64,000 nt of DNA. Origin: Sedimentisphaerales bacterium (GTDB taxonomy: Bacteria > Planctomycetota > Phycisphaerae > Sedimentisphaerales > SM23-30). The notes under the pieces were generated by a model, which did not search any database, was not told where the DNA came from, and saw only the letters and a list, made by a program, of their open reading frames with translations. The stretch lies in NCBI GenBank assembly GCA_963666285.1, contig OY762711.1; one strand, 5' to 3'. Positions 62,815 through 64,000 of the stretch are shown piece after piece. The translations under genes and the position numbers were made by a program. Numbering within the stretch: the first letter of the stretch is position 1; every line of letters starts with the position of its first letter.

Positions 62815-63293
62815 TGTTTTGCCCTCATTTTCCATCGACCACAATGCTGTGATCTTTATGACATACCCATAACAGTTGAAATTGCCCGTTCGAGCGTAAT
62901 ATAAGTGACTACATCATCACTTACCTTGCGAGCGATCAGACAAAATCATACACTATGTGTATATTTCAAGTCAGGAAACCTGTTTTCCTGATCATTTAAT
63001 TCAACTTTCTGAATCCTTACTATTGCCCTATATCCTTTGATAGAGATAGTAAACTAAGTGTCAATTTAGCGACATTATTCATTTAGCAATTACCATGCCA
63101 ATACTGAAAAACCTGTTTTTCACTGCTTTTAGCAGACAATTATGTATAAATTGCCAGTATTTTGTGAAAAATATTTCCCAAACTGAAATTTCTCACTATT
63201 TTTTGAAACTTCTGCCCGGCATTCCGACTATATCACTGGGTTTAGATCGCGTTAATATTTTCTGTTCCGATTCCATACATTTGAGGCATAATT

Positions 63294-63785
63294 ATGACTT
63301 ACAAACTTATTCGTTCAATTTTATTTTCAATGCTGATAAGCTTTACCATCTCCAGCGTAAGTTCTGTAAACCCGCCGCACAATCTATCAGCCTCCAACCA
63401 CAATCCATCCTCAATGGATGACAGGATTTTAGGTCTGGCTATTTCTGATAACAGTCAGGTTTCCTATGAACAGGCCTATGACAACGCCAAAGAAATGGGA
63501 TCAGATTTCACTGAGTTCTCCATACACTGGGACGACATAGAAAAAAGTCAGAATCAATACTCACTCGAATGGTTTGAAATTATCAACTTATTCTACCGTG
63601 ACAAAGATATCAAAATCGGTCTTTCAATCGGTGCTGTCGACATGGTTAGCGACCGCAGACCGCAATACCTCAAAAACATATCATTTGATAACCCATTAGT
63701 CACCCGGAAATATAACGAAATGACCATAATTGATATATCAACATCACTATCAAAAATGAAGGTGACCTCTGGAAATTGCTTTTGA
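63294..63785 (+). pseudogene. Secreted glycoside-hydrolase-like protein, apparently truncated
   Basis: Signal peptide; FSIHWDDIE; ORF ends inside the 38-bp repeat, too short for a TIM barrel. Confidence 0.4.
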
Positions 63786-63797
63786 TGCGATAATTTA
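63760..63797 (+). repeat. 38-bp dispersed repeat, copy 2
   Basis: AGGTGACCTCTGGAAATTGCTTTTGATGCGATAATTTA. Confidence 0.75.
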
Positions 63798-64000
63798 TGA
63801 TAAAAATAACATTTCCCGGAGCTGGCTGCTCGTTTATAGGTATCTGGTTCCGAACTATCAGTTCTCTCTCTTTATAGCCGGGCTGCCAAACCCGGCTTAT
63901 TTTTACCGACATTAGATCGCTCCAATATACCAAATACGCCCAACTCACCTTCAACATCTAGCACGCCTCTAAAAAAATGGGATACATTTGAACACCGGCC

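Overview
The window looks like a mosaic, probably concatenated contigs or a chimeric bin. Two stretches carry archaeal-type signals (TATA boxes, leaderless starts, GGTGA/GAGGT ribosome sites; DPANN/Woesearchaeota-like by inference). The first (1-~15,970) has a giant FG-GAP adhesin fused to a polytopic membrane domain, a split PEP-utiliser/radical SAM/HAD/NUDIX cluster, glyS and a PEP-CTERM gene. The second (~30,735-36,605) is an ArdC/MTase/ParB block whose genes share a repeated 35-bp promoter motif. The rest looks bacterial (Planctomycetota/Phycisphaerae-like by inference). At ~16-30.7 kb a small tyrosine recombinase sits beside a candidate 200-bp invertible promoter flanked by inverted 12-6-12 recombination sites, upstream of secreted and PEP-CTERM genes, followed by a type I R-M locus. 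At ~36.6-46.1 kb an integrative element at tRNA-Lys(CTT) carries an XRE-methyltransferase, a HerA/VirB4-like ATPase and a PP2C-FHA / Ser-Thr kinase-FHA / vWA module. From 46.1 to 64 kb the genes are mostly housekeeping (rpsT, a cyclophilin repeat protein, TolC, glk, mtnA, DEAD helicase, pheS, rplT, rpmI, a hybrid histidine kinase). The strongest candidates for new systems are the invertible surface-protein switch, the phospho-signalling integrative element, and the archaeal leading-region regulon. All calls come from reading motifs by eye; no searches were run.
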